Part shown: in pieces, positions 50,906-62,427 of the stretch
Position numbering within the stretch: position 1 is the first letter of the stretch
Layout of the letters: each line of letters begins with the position of its first letter
Assembly (NCBI GenBank): GCA_012295275.1
Contig: CM022678.1
Coordinates: 8,680,001 to 8,744,000 of the forward strand
DNA from: Chrysomallon squamiferum
Lineage: Eukaryota > Animalia > Mollusca
DNA length: 64,000 nt
Reading direction: 5' to 3'
The notes under the pieces: generated by a model
Seen by the model: only the letters and a program-made list of their open reading frames with translations
What the model was told of the DNA's origin: nothing
Database searches by the model: none
Translations under genes and position numbers: made by a program

Positions 50906-51308
50906 TAATGATAATATATTTCAAATGACTTAGTATAATATTGTTCAAACTTTTATTTTTTTTTCTGCATTTATATTGAATACAATTACAGCCTCATGTT
51001 TTAATACATAAATGTACATGTGCATATGTATGTAAAGGATAAAAAGAAATAAACTTAAATAAAACTTTAAATAAAACTTTAAAAAAGAAATAAAAGACTG
51101 AAAGTAAAGGTACAACAGAAAAAATTAGTAAATGTTAATAAACCAAGGACATTTTTCTAGTTAAATGTATAAAGCAATATTCTGTACTGACAACACATGA
51201 GTTGTACCTGTTGCTAGTTTGTATCCAAAGTTACAACTGTAGAGTCCTGTTTGTCCACATTGGTGCAGTAATGGCTGCAGCTGAGATGAGAGTAAAACTG
51301 ACATGGAT
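48434..51308 (-). pseudogene. Decayed multi-EGF / calcium-binding EGF gene fragment (fibrillin- or mucin-like)
   Basis: Exons 51308-51208 (DPCQ..CSHYCTN..SCNFGYKLAT), 50846-50715 (DINECTST..TCTNRISGFTCSCLAGKKLENDQTTCV), ~50471-50303 (CQCKAGW..RDECS..CQANSNCKN), 49201-49085 (LCEQGCRV..CLC..LNSDNKTCS) and 48552-48434 (DINECN..YTCNCMDGY). Frameshifts and lost cysteines throughout. Confidence 0.8.
50005..50225. repeat. ~37-39-bp AT-rich minisatellite
   Basis: AAATAATAAGAAATCATTTGTAACATAACTATTTCAT repeated ~5 times. Confidence 0.8.
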
Positions 51309-52059
51309 CTGAAACTGTATTGAGAAAACTGGTATTAGCTTTACTTAATTAATATAATAATACTTTTGTAAATGTTACTTCTGTGTCAAACTCAGCTATT
51401 TGTGAAATTATCATCTGAGACAAGACAGTCACTCCTTTCACTTGTTGCTTTGATACAGTTTAGAGAAAAAATGCTAAGATGACAGTTTCAAACACAGCAC
51501 AGATGAAATGTGTCTGTAGTTTAACATGAAATGATGAAGTGATCAAGATTTGGAATGGAGAATGTAGCAGATCACTGAATGCTGAAGTCTACAAATTCTC
51601 AAAGAATGTTTATAGAAGCAGACACAATAGAGAAGAATAATTTTACAATATTTATTTAACAGATATAACAGACTTGTCACCTGATATAAAGTATTACAAG
51701 TGTTCATACTGACTTATTCCGAAAATGAAAAAATTTAAGAACTTCCTATAGTCCTAAATATGTTAATATATTATGAAATACTTTAAGAATGAAAATGAAT
51801 AGAAATAAACATGAGTAAAGACAACAGACCAAAAAACTGAGTAGAACACACAAAAAAGTGACAATACACACACCCAAAAAAAAAAAAAATGTTAAGCACC
51901 CCAGTATTGGATATAAGATTTTTTTAAATAACCATATAATCAATTACCAAAGTACTACTTAAAAAAAATTATCATTCCAAAGTGTGGAACTGCAGAGTTC
52001 ATAAAACAGTTTAAGAAATCTGTTTCAGAGAGAAAATGTTACTTTGAGTCTCTAGATTA

Positions 52060-53500
52060 CATCTGTAGTTAAAGATTCAGTGACAAGTAAACATTCAACC
52101 TCCAACATCCAACTCATCCCTCCAGTTAAAAGTTGTGTTTGTCAACTGAAGTCATTCCCAGTGCTAAGTAAACATTCAACCTCCAACATCCAACTCATCC
52201 CTCCAGTTAAAAGTTGTGTTTGTCAACTGAAGTCATTCCCAGTACTAAGTAAACATTCAACCTCCAACATCCAACTCATCCCTCCAGTTAAAAGTTGTGT
52301 TTGTCAACTGAAGTCATTCCCAGTGCTAAGTAAACATTCAACCTCCAACATCCAACTCATCTCTCCAGTTAAAAGTTGTGTTTGTCAACTGAAGTCATTC
52401 CCAGTGCTAAGTAAACATTCAACCTCCAACATCCAACTCATCCCTCCAGTTAAAAGTTGTGTTTGTCAACTGAAGTCATTCCCAGTGCTAAGTAAACATT
52501 CAACCTCCAACATCCAACTCATCCCTCCAGTTAAAAGTTGTGTTTGTCAACTGAAGTCATTCCCAGTGCTAAGTAAACATTCAACCTCCAACATCCAACT
52601 CATCCCTCCAGTTAAAAGTTGTGTTTGTCAACTGAAGTCATTCCCAGTGCTAAGTAAACATTCAACCTCCAACATCCAACTCATCCCTCCAGTTAAAAGT
52701 TGTGTTTGTCAACTGAAGTCATTCCCAGTGCTAAGTAAACATTCAACCTCCAACATCCAACTCATCCCTCCAGTTAAAAGTTGTGTTTGTCAACTGAAGT
52801 CATTCCCAGTGCTAAGTAAACATTCAACCTCCAACATCCAACTCATCTCTCCAGTTAAAAGTTGTGTTTGTCAACTGAAGTCATTCCCAGTGCTCATTTC
52901 CCAGTGCTAAGTAAACATTCAACCTCCAACATCCAACTCATCCCTCCAGTTAAAAGTTGTGTTTGTCAAATGGTCAACTGAAGTCATTCCCAGTGCTAAG
53001 TAAACATTCAACCTCCAACATCCAACTCATCCCTCCAGTTAAAAGTTGTGTTTGTCAACTGAAGTCATTCCCAGTGCTAAGCTGATTCCACTTCCACTGT
53101 GTGTGTAAAATGCTCACTGATGTTCAAAATCTGCTCCAGTGGATTCAAAACTGGACTCATGACTGGCCAAGTCAGAATTGTGTAAGCATTGTTTTGAATG
53201 TAATGTAGGATACTGGAGCTCCATTATGGACTGATGACTGCAGATGTAGTCAAGCTGTTGTCCTGTAGGTTGAGGAATATCTGTCTATTATCTTTGTGTT
53301 TATGTTGACACTGAATGAATGAGCTAGTTAAAAATCATATCTGAGAGTTGAGCATGTTGCAGTTTAAGAAAAACATGGAGACATGAAAGACAGAGGCCTG
53401 TCACAGTGAAATAAGTTAGTAAGACAACTGAGTGTAACATATTCTGAACTCCTTAATGTGAGATTGTTCTACACGTTTCAAACATTATTATTTGCAAACT
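52060..53500 (-). mobile_element. Tc1/mariner transposase relic
   Basis: Minus-strand translation near 53180-53120 reads LTWPVMSPVLNPLEQI (cf. DDE motif WPxxSPDLNPIE), preceded by QDN and followed by LLTGGMS..LEV, resembling the Tc1 C-terminus. No TIRs found; bounds approximate. Confidence 0.6.
52085..53082. repeat. 81-bp highly homogeneous tandem repeat (~12 copies)
   Basis: 27-codon periodicity in ORF 52080..52910; units differ at only 1-2 sites. Confidence 0.96.
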
Positions 53501-54316
53501 GTGACTGGTTTTCAAAGAAACAACAGGAAATTTGAAAATCAAACATCAAAGTGTGAATCGACTTTCAATAAGACAAACCTGTCTATCACTTATTTAACTG
53601 AATTCAGTTGACATGATTTTACCCATGTTATTAAGTGTTTAGAATTTGTTTTTCTCTTTCCTTTGTGTATGCAGACTGATCAACATGTGTTTTCAGTATG
53701 AAAAATGTGTTAAATGGAAAGCTGATGTCCTCAAACCTAAATTAATGGCAGTGCAGTAAATTTCATTGACTCTGGTTACACTGCACAGGTTTAGTTCAGT
53801 TCCAGTGATCTGAGACAACTGTTCCCTTGATTTTTACCATGGGTATCTGTAATGTTTAGAAAAATTTGAAACAGCACTAAGTAAATCTGTGTGTGATTCA
53901 GGTTGACCATGTCTACTCAACAAAGCAGCAGAACAACTGAGAAACACAGCCAGAACCTGCCCCAGTCAGCCCATCACAGAGCTAAAAGAATGGAAGAGAA
54001 CAAATCCAAAATGAGGTATAATTAATTAGAACTAAGTTTTTTTATGTCACAAAACTGTGAGAATTGTGTTTTCATGAGTATTTCTAAATAACATAATCAA
54101 ACACCTCGAGCAAAAAAGTTAAGACATTTAATAAAACCTTTTTTATTTGATTACTTTTTAAAAGTATTTTATGAATAGATTTATAGAACAAGAGTTGAGA
54201 ATACAGTCCATTAGGCAATGCTAACAGTAATACAAGGTACTAGATGTAGGTCTCTGCAAGATGTAGTAGATATTTGGATCAATGCTGTCTGATAGAATTT
54301 TGAGCTGTTTACATTT

Positions 54317-54732
54317 CAGCAGTGCTCATCAACTGATGTATGAAAAAGTTTGTACTGTCTGTGGGTAGGTATAAATGAAATATCACTTGTTAATAAGAAA
54401 GAGTAAACCACTAAGTGACAGCAGTGCCCATCAACTGATGTATGACATAGTATGTACTGTCTGTGGGTAGGTGTAAATGAAATATCACTTGTTAATAAGA
54501 AAGAATAAACCGCTAAGTGACAGCAGTGCCCATCAACTGATGTATGACATAGTATGTACTGTCTGTGGGTAGGTGTAAATGAAATATCACTTGTTAATAA
54601 GAAAGAGTAAACCATTAAGTGACAGCAGTGCTCATCAACTGATGTATGAAAAAGTATGTACTGTCTGTGGGTAGGTGTAAATGAAATATCACTTGTTAAT
54701 AAGAAAGAGTAAACCGTTAAGTGACAGCAGTG
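54317..54732. repeat. 102-bp tandem repeat x4
   Basis: CAGCAGTG(C)..ATCAACTGATGTATGA...AAGTGA units start at ~54317, 54419, 54521, 54623. Confidence 0.92.
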
Positions 54733-54905
54733 GGTTTCTTCTTTTATTACTTGAATGTTCCTTAACTATACATCTAACCCTGATAACAGTGAATAAAATG
54801 AGTTAAATAACACGTTTTGTTTCTTTCTTCTGTAATAAAAATCATTATATTATTTTCCTATGGGTGAAAAAACAGAGAATTCAGAAATTTCTTCTAATAT
54901 CAGCG

Positions 54906-55050
54906 TTGTTTCTTCCTCAGACATCACAGCTGTTTATTCCTCACACAAAATCACAGCTGTTTATTCCTAATAAAACATCACAGCTGTTTATTCCTCAGTC
55001 AACATCACAGCTGTTTCTTCTGCAGAGGCTGTTACAGCTGTTTCTTCTGT
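54906..55050. repeat. 27-bp degenerate repeat x5
   Basis: CATCACAGCTGTTTATTCCT core repeated. Confidence 0.7.
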
Positions 55051-56039
55051 TTCTCTCTCTAGAAATAAGTAATGTGTTGTTCTCATTGATGATATATTTG
55101 GTAAGAGGAATCTTGTTTCAGTTTTTACAGACTCATGGAAACTGAAATTTCCAAAGATATGGTTCTTTGAAATGTATCATTTCTTTAAGAAAACAAATAT
55201 TTTCAGAAAGTGAAATTAGTTTGAAGTTTTCCTGATCTGCAGAGTAATGACATTTGTCTGGAATATGATGAAAAGAAAGAAATTCTGGACAAATATCTGC
55301 AACAAAAAGATGTTACAATGAATACAAATTATAAATAGACTGTCACTGACAGTTCATCTACAGTTTGGATTTCCTCAGGTGTGTCTGTATTATGTTAACT
55401 GTAGAATATGTCACATATCAGCTGGAAAACTGGAAAAATTATAAATCTTCAAAGATCAATTACCTAGTTCTACTGCTGATCTTGTTCCAACAAGGCAGTT
55501 TCAGCATTGATTCACTGGACCCTTTTGAAGATGACACTGACAGTGACATAATGAAATTAGTAAGACTGCTAGAGTGAGACTGAGTGTAGAAAACACTGGA
55601 CTCAAACATATAAACAAAACAGCTGATTAATGTGTGTACCTATTTGAAGCAGTGTGACAATAAACACACATTTTCATTTAGTGTTTGACTGTTTGTTTCT
55701 GATGTTAACAACTAAGTTTCCAAAGAAAACAGCAGAGTTGCTAGAAGTGTGTCCTGTTTCCATCTTGTTAGAATCTGTTGTGACGCATGGAGTGTCTAAC
55801 AAAAGTCACATTACAATCACTGGGAAACCTGACAGCTTGTTTCTTGCTCACAGATTTACCGACACCAAGCAATGCTGAAGAAACTATTTCACATCCATCA
55901 CTGAAAGATGAAGAGTTTCTAAAACATCCCATATAATAAACAAATGGAAAGAAACTGCTATGATTGCTCCTAGTCAGAGAACTTCAAACATTATAAAAGA
56001 AATAGCAAAACTGAAACTTGATGGTTTAAATGATGAGAA

Positions 56040-56170
56040 CAGAGATAAAGTTATTTTAGCAGCAGTAATGTGGGCATCTACTGATACAGTGAATTTGTTG
56101 TCACTGGACAATGGTACTTTTACTGACATAACAGATAAACACAAGAATTCAGCATTGCACATGCATGGAA
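56040..56170 (+). pseudogene. Possible ankyrin-repeat fragment
   Basis: AAVMWASTDTVNLLSLDNGTFTDITDKHKNSALH resembles the ankyrin consensus (AA..G..dvV.lLl..GA.vn..D..g.TaLH); flanking frames are broken. Confidence 0.4.
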
Positions 56171-56439
56171 ATGAAAGTTGAGTTTCTCATTTCTCTGTGA
56201 AAATATATAATGTTTATTGATTTTAAATGTTATTTTATCTGTTTTTTCAATGAAAATTATTGCTAAAGATATGTGAGTATGCAACATGAAAATAAAAAAG
56301 GTAAAAAGAGAAAAAATAAGAGTAAGAATGCAAGTGGATGTCAAATCCACAGAACAATTTGCTTCGATGTTCATCTGCGCCATTTTATCATCAACACCAA
56401 CTGAACAGTAAGCCACCACCCAGCAGTCTCAGCAGTCAC

Positions 56440-57075
56440 AGTATGGACAACATGGACACACTATGGACAACATGGAGAGACTATGGACAACATGGAGAGA
56501 CTATAGACAACATGGACAGACTACAGACAACATGGAGAGACTATGGACAACATGGACAGACTATGGACAACATGGACACACTATGGACAACATGGAGAGA
56601 CTATGGACAACATGGAGAGACTATGGACAACATGGAGAGACTATGGACAACATGGACAGACTACAGACAACATGGAGAGACTATGGACAACATGGACAGA
56701 CTATGGACAACATGGACAGACTACAGACAACATGGAGAGACTATGGACAACATGGACAGACTATGGACAACATGGACAGACTATGGACAACATGGACAGA
56801 CTATGGACAACATGGACAGACTATGGACAACATGGACACACTATGGACAACATGGACAGACTATGGACAACATGGACAGACTATGGACAACATGGACATG
56901 GACAGACAACGTGGAGATGGACAGGACTACAGACAACATGGACAGACTATGGACAACATGGACAGACTATGGATCCCACAGTATAGACAACATTCTGGTT
57001 TAACTTCACAACATGGACAGACTACAGACAACATGGACAGCACTATGGACAACATGGACAGACTATGGATCCCAC
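56440..57075. repeat. 20-bp minisatellite (~28 copies)
   Basis: GACTATGGACAACATGGA(C/G)A units. Confidence 0.96.
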
Positions 57076-57119
57076 AGTCAGTATTCTGGTTTAACTTCAC
57101 CAGTTGTGCACAAGTAAGA

Positions 57120-58200
57120 TGTCAGTATAAAATCAGATGCTTTGACTAGAAAGTTAGCTATGATGTGTGATGAATTGAAAAAACTTGACCTGATTGAGAA
57201 ACCACTGAATAGTATGGATATAGCTGTACAAGACATTACTGGTAAAATGATGGATATCAAGAAAAAAGTGCAAGATATGGAAATGGGTTTGAATTACAAT
57301 AACAAACAGTTTGAAAGGAATAAAACAGATCTCAGAAATTTGAAATCTGTTGTGTCAGATATGAACAGTTCTACCGTAAACTTAGAGATAATACTAACAG
57401 TATGAAACAAATATGTGAATTAAAAACAGTTTGGAAACTTAAGAGAAAAACTCACAATGACCTTCAAACTCACTTCATGCGTGACAATTTATTCTTCAGT
57501 TGGATACCAGAGAAAGACGAAGAAGACACAGAAGAGGAGCTGAAAAGTTTTATAAAAAATTAAATGAAAGTAGAAAATAATACTGACTTTCACAGAGTGC
57601 ACTGAATGGGGAGGAAGTTTGGTGGATATACAAGGACTATTTGTTGCAAAATTCATTTTATATAAAGACAGAGAAATAGTGAGAACAGCTTTACCCAAAA
57701 TGAACTGATAAACAAGCAATACAGGGTTAATGAACAATTCCAGAATGAAATTAATGAGAGAAGGAAATTACTGCATCCAGATTACAAATCAGCAAAAAGG
57801 CAAAGGAAAAGAGCGACTTTAAATGGTGATAAATTGTATATGGAGGGTAGACTGTTTAGACTATGAGAGGATGGGACAGAAGCCAGAAACACAAACATCA
57901 CAACTCAGCCAAATGAAACAAAAATATAGATCACAGCAACACAAGCCAAACTCTCACCAAGACAAACCAATTGAGTCAGTGCAATACGACAAGGGAGGAG
58001 GACAAGTCTTACAAAGCAAAAACAGTGTTGAGTAAATGTCAGTAAACTCTCTCATTTGTAAAAATACCCCAAACAAAAATCATAAAGTAATAACCCCTTA
58101 TGTTTTAAAAATAACAGAGATTAATGTGTGAGGTTTGGTAAGTGAGCTCAGAGATACTATATTTCTTGAAACATCACTAATTATGACACATTAGTATTCT
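57120..58200 (+). mobile_element. Decayed LINE 5' portion: ORF1 (coiled-coil + L1-type RRM/CTD) and start of the APE endonuclease
   Basis: Broken frames read coiled-coil (57142-57405), MRDNLFF..IPE..EDTEEELKSFI..DFHRVH, VAKF..YKDREIVR, VNEQF..EINERRKLLHP..K.AK..DKLY, then INV*GLVS.L near 58120 (APE NVxGL motif). Confidence 0.7.
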
Positions 58201-58271
58201 TTATTATAAAGTATATGCTAAAAACAGAGTTTCTTTATCTCAGTGTAAATCTGGGTGTATAGGTGTATATA

Positions 58272-60050
58272 TTAACCCTTTGAAGCCGTCAGGTCAGTTT
58301 TCTGGCTCAGTATACAGTATATACACCTGCTTGTATACTCAGCCATACTTCCGCCAGGAAGATTCAAGAAATTTTTGCAAATGATTACGAAGCAGTCATT
58401 ACGAATGATAATGTCAGATTCTTGAGAATGAAGTGTCTGAATGTGGAAATAATAGTGATTTTGAGAGTGACAATGATGTTGTCAATGATACATATAATAA
58501 AAACACGAATGCTTATGAAGGTGAAAATGAAAGTGAAAGTAATTCTGCTGTAATCACAGCCCAAGTGGTGATGTTTTACAACCTGTTAGGGGTGTGGCCG
58601 TGGTAGGGGGTGTGACTGTGGTAGTGGGTGTGGCCGTGGTTGAGGTGTCAGCATCTCAGCATCAGGTAGATCAGTGTCAGTGGACAAGTGACATGAGAGG
58701 GTATCATGAAAAACAATTCAATCCTAAAGAACACCCCAGTCTCAGAAATATTCCAGATTCACTCAATAATGAGAGCAGCCCTGCTGACTTTTTGACTTTA
58801 TTCTGGAAAGATGATTTGTGGCAGCTCTTTGTTGTTGAAACTAACAGCAGGCAGAACATAACAGAGAAGCAAAACCTTCAAATTATTATTAAAAATAGTT
58901 TAGTACACTAACAGAGATAAAAGCATTTTTTGGCTGTCGGGTAGTGATGGAAATGCTTATTCACAAGGACTGCTATGAACAATTCTGGTGAGATAAGGAA
59001 AATGTCTTGACCATCACATCTGGATTTGCACAGATTTTTACAAGACTCCAACAGAAAACTCCCTATCTATAAATCAGTATAACAAAGATAAACCGATAAA
59101 AGTATCAAAACCTTCCTAGTTTGTGACAGTGAGAATGGCAACATTTCAAATACAGAAGTATACACAGGTTGCAGGAAGGATGCTGAAACTGTTGAAAATC
59201 TTGGTGTGACTAGAAACCTTGTTGTTTTTATGTTGGAACTGTTTTGTGACCAGCATCACTGTGTGTTTACAGACAGACTCTACACTAGTGTATATTTGTG
59301 TGAGATTTTGCTGGAAAACAGAGGAATCTGCCTAGTAGGCACTGCACTTACAAATCACAAACTTTTTCCAAAAAAATTGATCAAATCAAAAAATCAAATC
59401 AGATGAGGCAGTTTGAACTATTGTTCAATGTAATTGTAGCAGCAATTGTTTGGTGCAACAAAAAGCCTGTTTATTTTGTAACTTCTGCATTTATAGCCCA
59501 CCCCCCCCAGTACATGTACAAAGATATGATAGTAAAGAGCACAGAAGACTTCCTGTGGGATGTCTGAAAGCTGTCCAAAGTTGCAATGCATAAAAATGAC
59601 CAACTTACTGAGCTGCATCAGAGCAGACGTCATTACAACTGGCCACGTCGTCTTATTATGAAGTTTTTTACGTGGGCTGTGAATAATGCATAACGTAATC
59701 ATGTGACCTTATCAGCTGCATAATCCCCAGGGGCAAAGAGTGTTTACATTCCATGTGTTTGTTGAAAAACTCTGACATCAACTTGTGGGCAGTTATCTCT
59801 GTCCGTTACCAGTGAAAGTGCATCTGTACACAGAAAAACACCTACAAGATTACAGACCTCACGAGTTGGAAACAGACCAGCCCATGCAACATCAAACAGT
59901 AGGTGTGTAGTGTGTCTGGAAAAGAACAACAAGGCCAGACAACTAAACCCTTGTGGTGCATATAAGAACCTTCCCAAAAAGTCAAAAACAGATTTTTGTA
60001 ACTACTGTAAGGTTTAGAAAAGGTATACCAGATAAATATATGAGACATTC
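58272..60050 (+). mobile_element. piggyBac transposon relic
   Basis: TTAA+CCCTTT left end at 58272; acidic N-terminus; SPADFLTLFWKDDLWQLFVVETN, EVYTG, HCVFTDRLYTSV..LVGT..N.K.FPK and a CVVC Cys-rich tail, all typical of PGBD DDD transposases. Many stops/frameshifts; right TIR not found. Confidence 0.85.
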
Positions 60051-60347
60051 AAATATAATTTCATGTAATAATTTGTTTAACAGTAAAAATATATTTGTGT
60101 TAAACAAGCTATGGTTTGTTAACAGAACTATATGTGAGAGTATGTCCTTCTACACATCTGCATTTTAATTTTGTTATTTTATAGCTTAAATACATTCTTC
60201 TCTGTACTGTAATCTACACTTTATGAGAATAAAGTCATTGACACTGTACAACTGAGTCTCATCTCCTGTAAAAACACACAATACATTTGTCCTGACTTTT
60301 ACTTGTAGAATTCTCTGGTTATTAGTTATTACTCCTTTTTATATTTA

Positions 60348-60378
<31 letters not shown>

Positions 60379-60636
60379 AATAAAATAAAATAAAATAAAA
60401 TAAAATAAATAAAATAAAAGGACAGAGAAAAGTAAAAAGAACTTAAAATCAGAGTGTGATCTGTTATTTTTATAACTGCTGTGTCATTTCATGAGTTGTC
60501 TTAATGATTATTCCTTATTGTATTATATTTTCATGTAGGCTGCTTAATTCAGTATAGGAGAAAATATTTTGCATAGAATTTTGTCAAAAAATGAAGCAAA
60601 ATGGAAAGGTTTACAATGACTAATGTATTTAAATAC

Positions 60637-61519
60637 CTGCTGGACAGCACCAAATACTTCAACTCTACTGGAGACTTGAGCTGCTCTTTGTTCCAAAATG
60701 TCAGTTTGACTTTGTATTTTATCAACAATTTCTTGACTATTTTTATCCTTAACAAGCTGATTTAACCTCTGAAAATAAACAGTTTAAATCCACTGTTTAG
60801 TATATTGGTTTCTTCAGTTCCTATAAATATATGTGATGAAAGATCTGAATGTCATTCAGTAAATACTGACCTTTCCTTGTTATAAAACAATTCAATAAAT
60901 TAACACAGCATGAATCAATATAATTATAGAAAACTAAAAATTGAACTATAACCTTTTCTAAATCTTATGTTTTGTATTCTAATGAGATCTAATGATGCAG
61001 TTATCAATTCAAATTATTTACTGAAAGATAATCTAAAGAGATAACAAATATGTCTAAAATAAAGATGAATTAGAATCACATAATTAAAGCTAAAGTAGAA
61101 TTTTTCATTCAGAAACACCTTCAACAAAATTAATATAGATATGTTTTTCTTTATGAACTGATTTCAAACACACCTCAACATCATTCTTTAAGCCATGTAG
61201 TTCTTGGTCCACATTCTTTTCAGTAATGTCCCAAGACCTTTCTTGAATCTCTTTTCTCTGCTCTAGAGTTAATTTGTCCATCTTGAAGGAACTTAGTCTA
61301 TTTAAAATACCAAAAATAAACCATAATTATATAAATATATCATATATATATATATATATATATATACAATCAAAAGGTAATGTAAAAACACTGAAGTGAC
61401 ATTACTCTGAAAATAATAAAGTATATTAATAAAATAATAAGCAGACATTTTATTAGTTTTGACATCATTTCATAAACAGGAAACATAAAATCCCTGAAAG
61501 ACTAAGCATATGCCATGAG

Positions 61520-61573
<54 letters not shown>

Positions 61574-61946
61574 TTTTTAACATTTGTATCTATAAAATGA
61601 CTTTTTAAATAGTAAAACATCAGGCCCCGATCTCTTTTCATAATAAACTAAAATGAGTGAAGATTGTCTAGTATAATAAGTTAAACATAAAAGTGGAAAA
61701 AGAAGAATTTTTACTCTATTTAATAAAAACTAAAAGAATACACCCTGTCCAAAACAAAGAAACTATGCTAACTGAATAAATAGTCTTTTTTCACATAAGT
61801 ATTGTTTACCATATTGAAAGATTTCAATGACATAAATTGTGATATCATTAATTTAAAATAACAAATCACATCTTTAAGAGAAATTATAAATAAAAGCAGA
61901 ATAGAAATTTACTTACTTTGAATTCTTCATCTGATAAGTTGGTGAA
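60637..61946 (-). pseudogene. IRAG/MRVI1-LRMP-family coiled-coil gene fragment
   Basis: Exons 61946-61917 (FTNLSDEEFK), 61297-61174 (TKF/FKMDKLTLEQRKEIQERSWDITEKNVDQELHGLK; 124 nt, frameshift removing the LSLA motif) and 60768-60637 (..ILEQRAAQVSSRVEVFGAVQQ) match the MRVI1 domain pattern. No next exon recognised before the piggyBac relic. A further upstream exon near 63382-63442 is possible. Confidence 0.75.
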
Positions 61947-62391
61947 CTGAAATAAAAATATACAGTTGAGACAGCTGTCCCAATGGGGAAACAAATATGG
62001 ATATTGCTGACATTTTGCTAGTTAAGGAAAAAATGATGGATTTAAATACAACATGAACTGCTGACCTCAAAAACTAGGTGTTTCATTATTTAACTAATTT
62101 CTGCACAGACTGAAATAAAGAAAAAACCTTAGTCAATGTTAATATAAAAAATACACATAACTGTCAGTATAAATAAAATGCAAACACCTGAAAAAAAAGA
62201 TCTACATGATTTAAATTTAAATACATAATTGAAAACTAGGACTGAAGATATCATGTCATGTTACATGTAATTATACATGATTTAATCAGGTGTTTGCTCA
62301 AACCTGTGTGACAGTGGGATTCAGTAGTGCAGACAAGATTACACACAATCAGATGACTCTAACCAAAACAAAGCATTTAATACCACCTTGA

Positions 62392-62427
<36 letters not shown>

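Noticed and set aside
56338-57149. Three overlapping repetitive ORFs (MDNMDRLWTTW...)
   Set aside because: Products of a stop-poor 20-bp minisatellite, open in all three frames.
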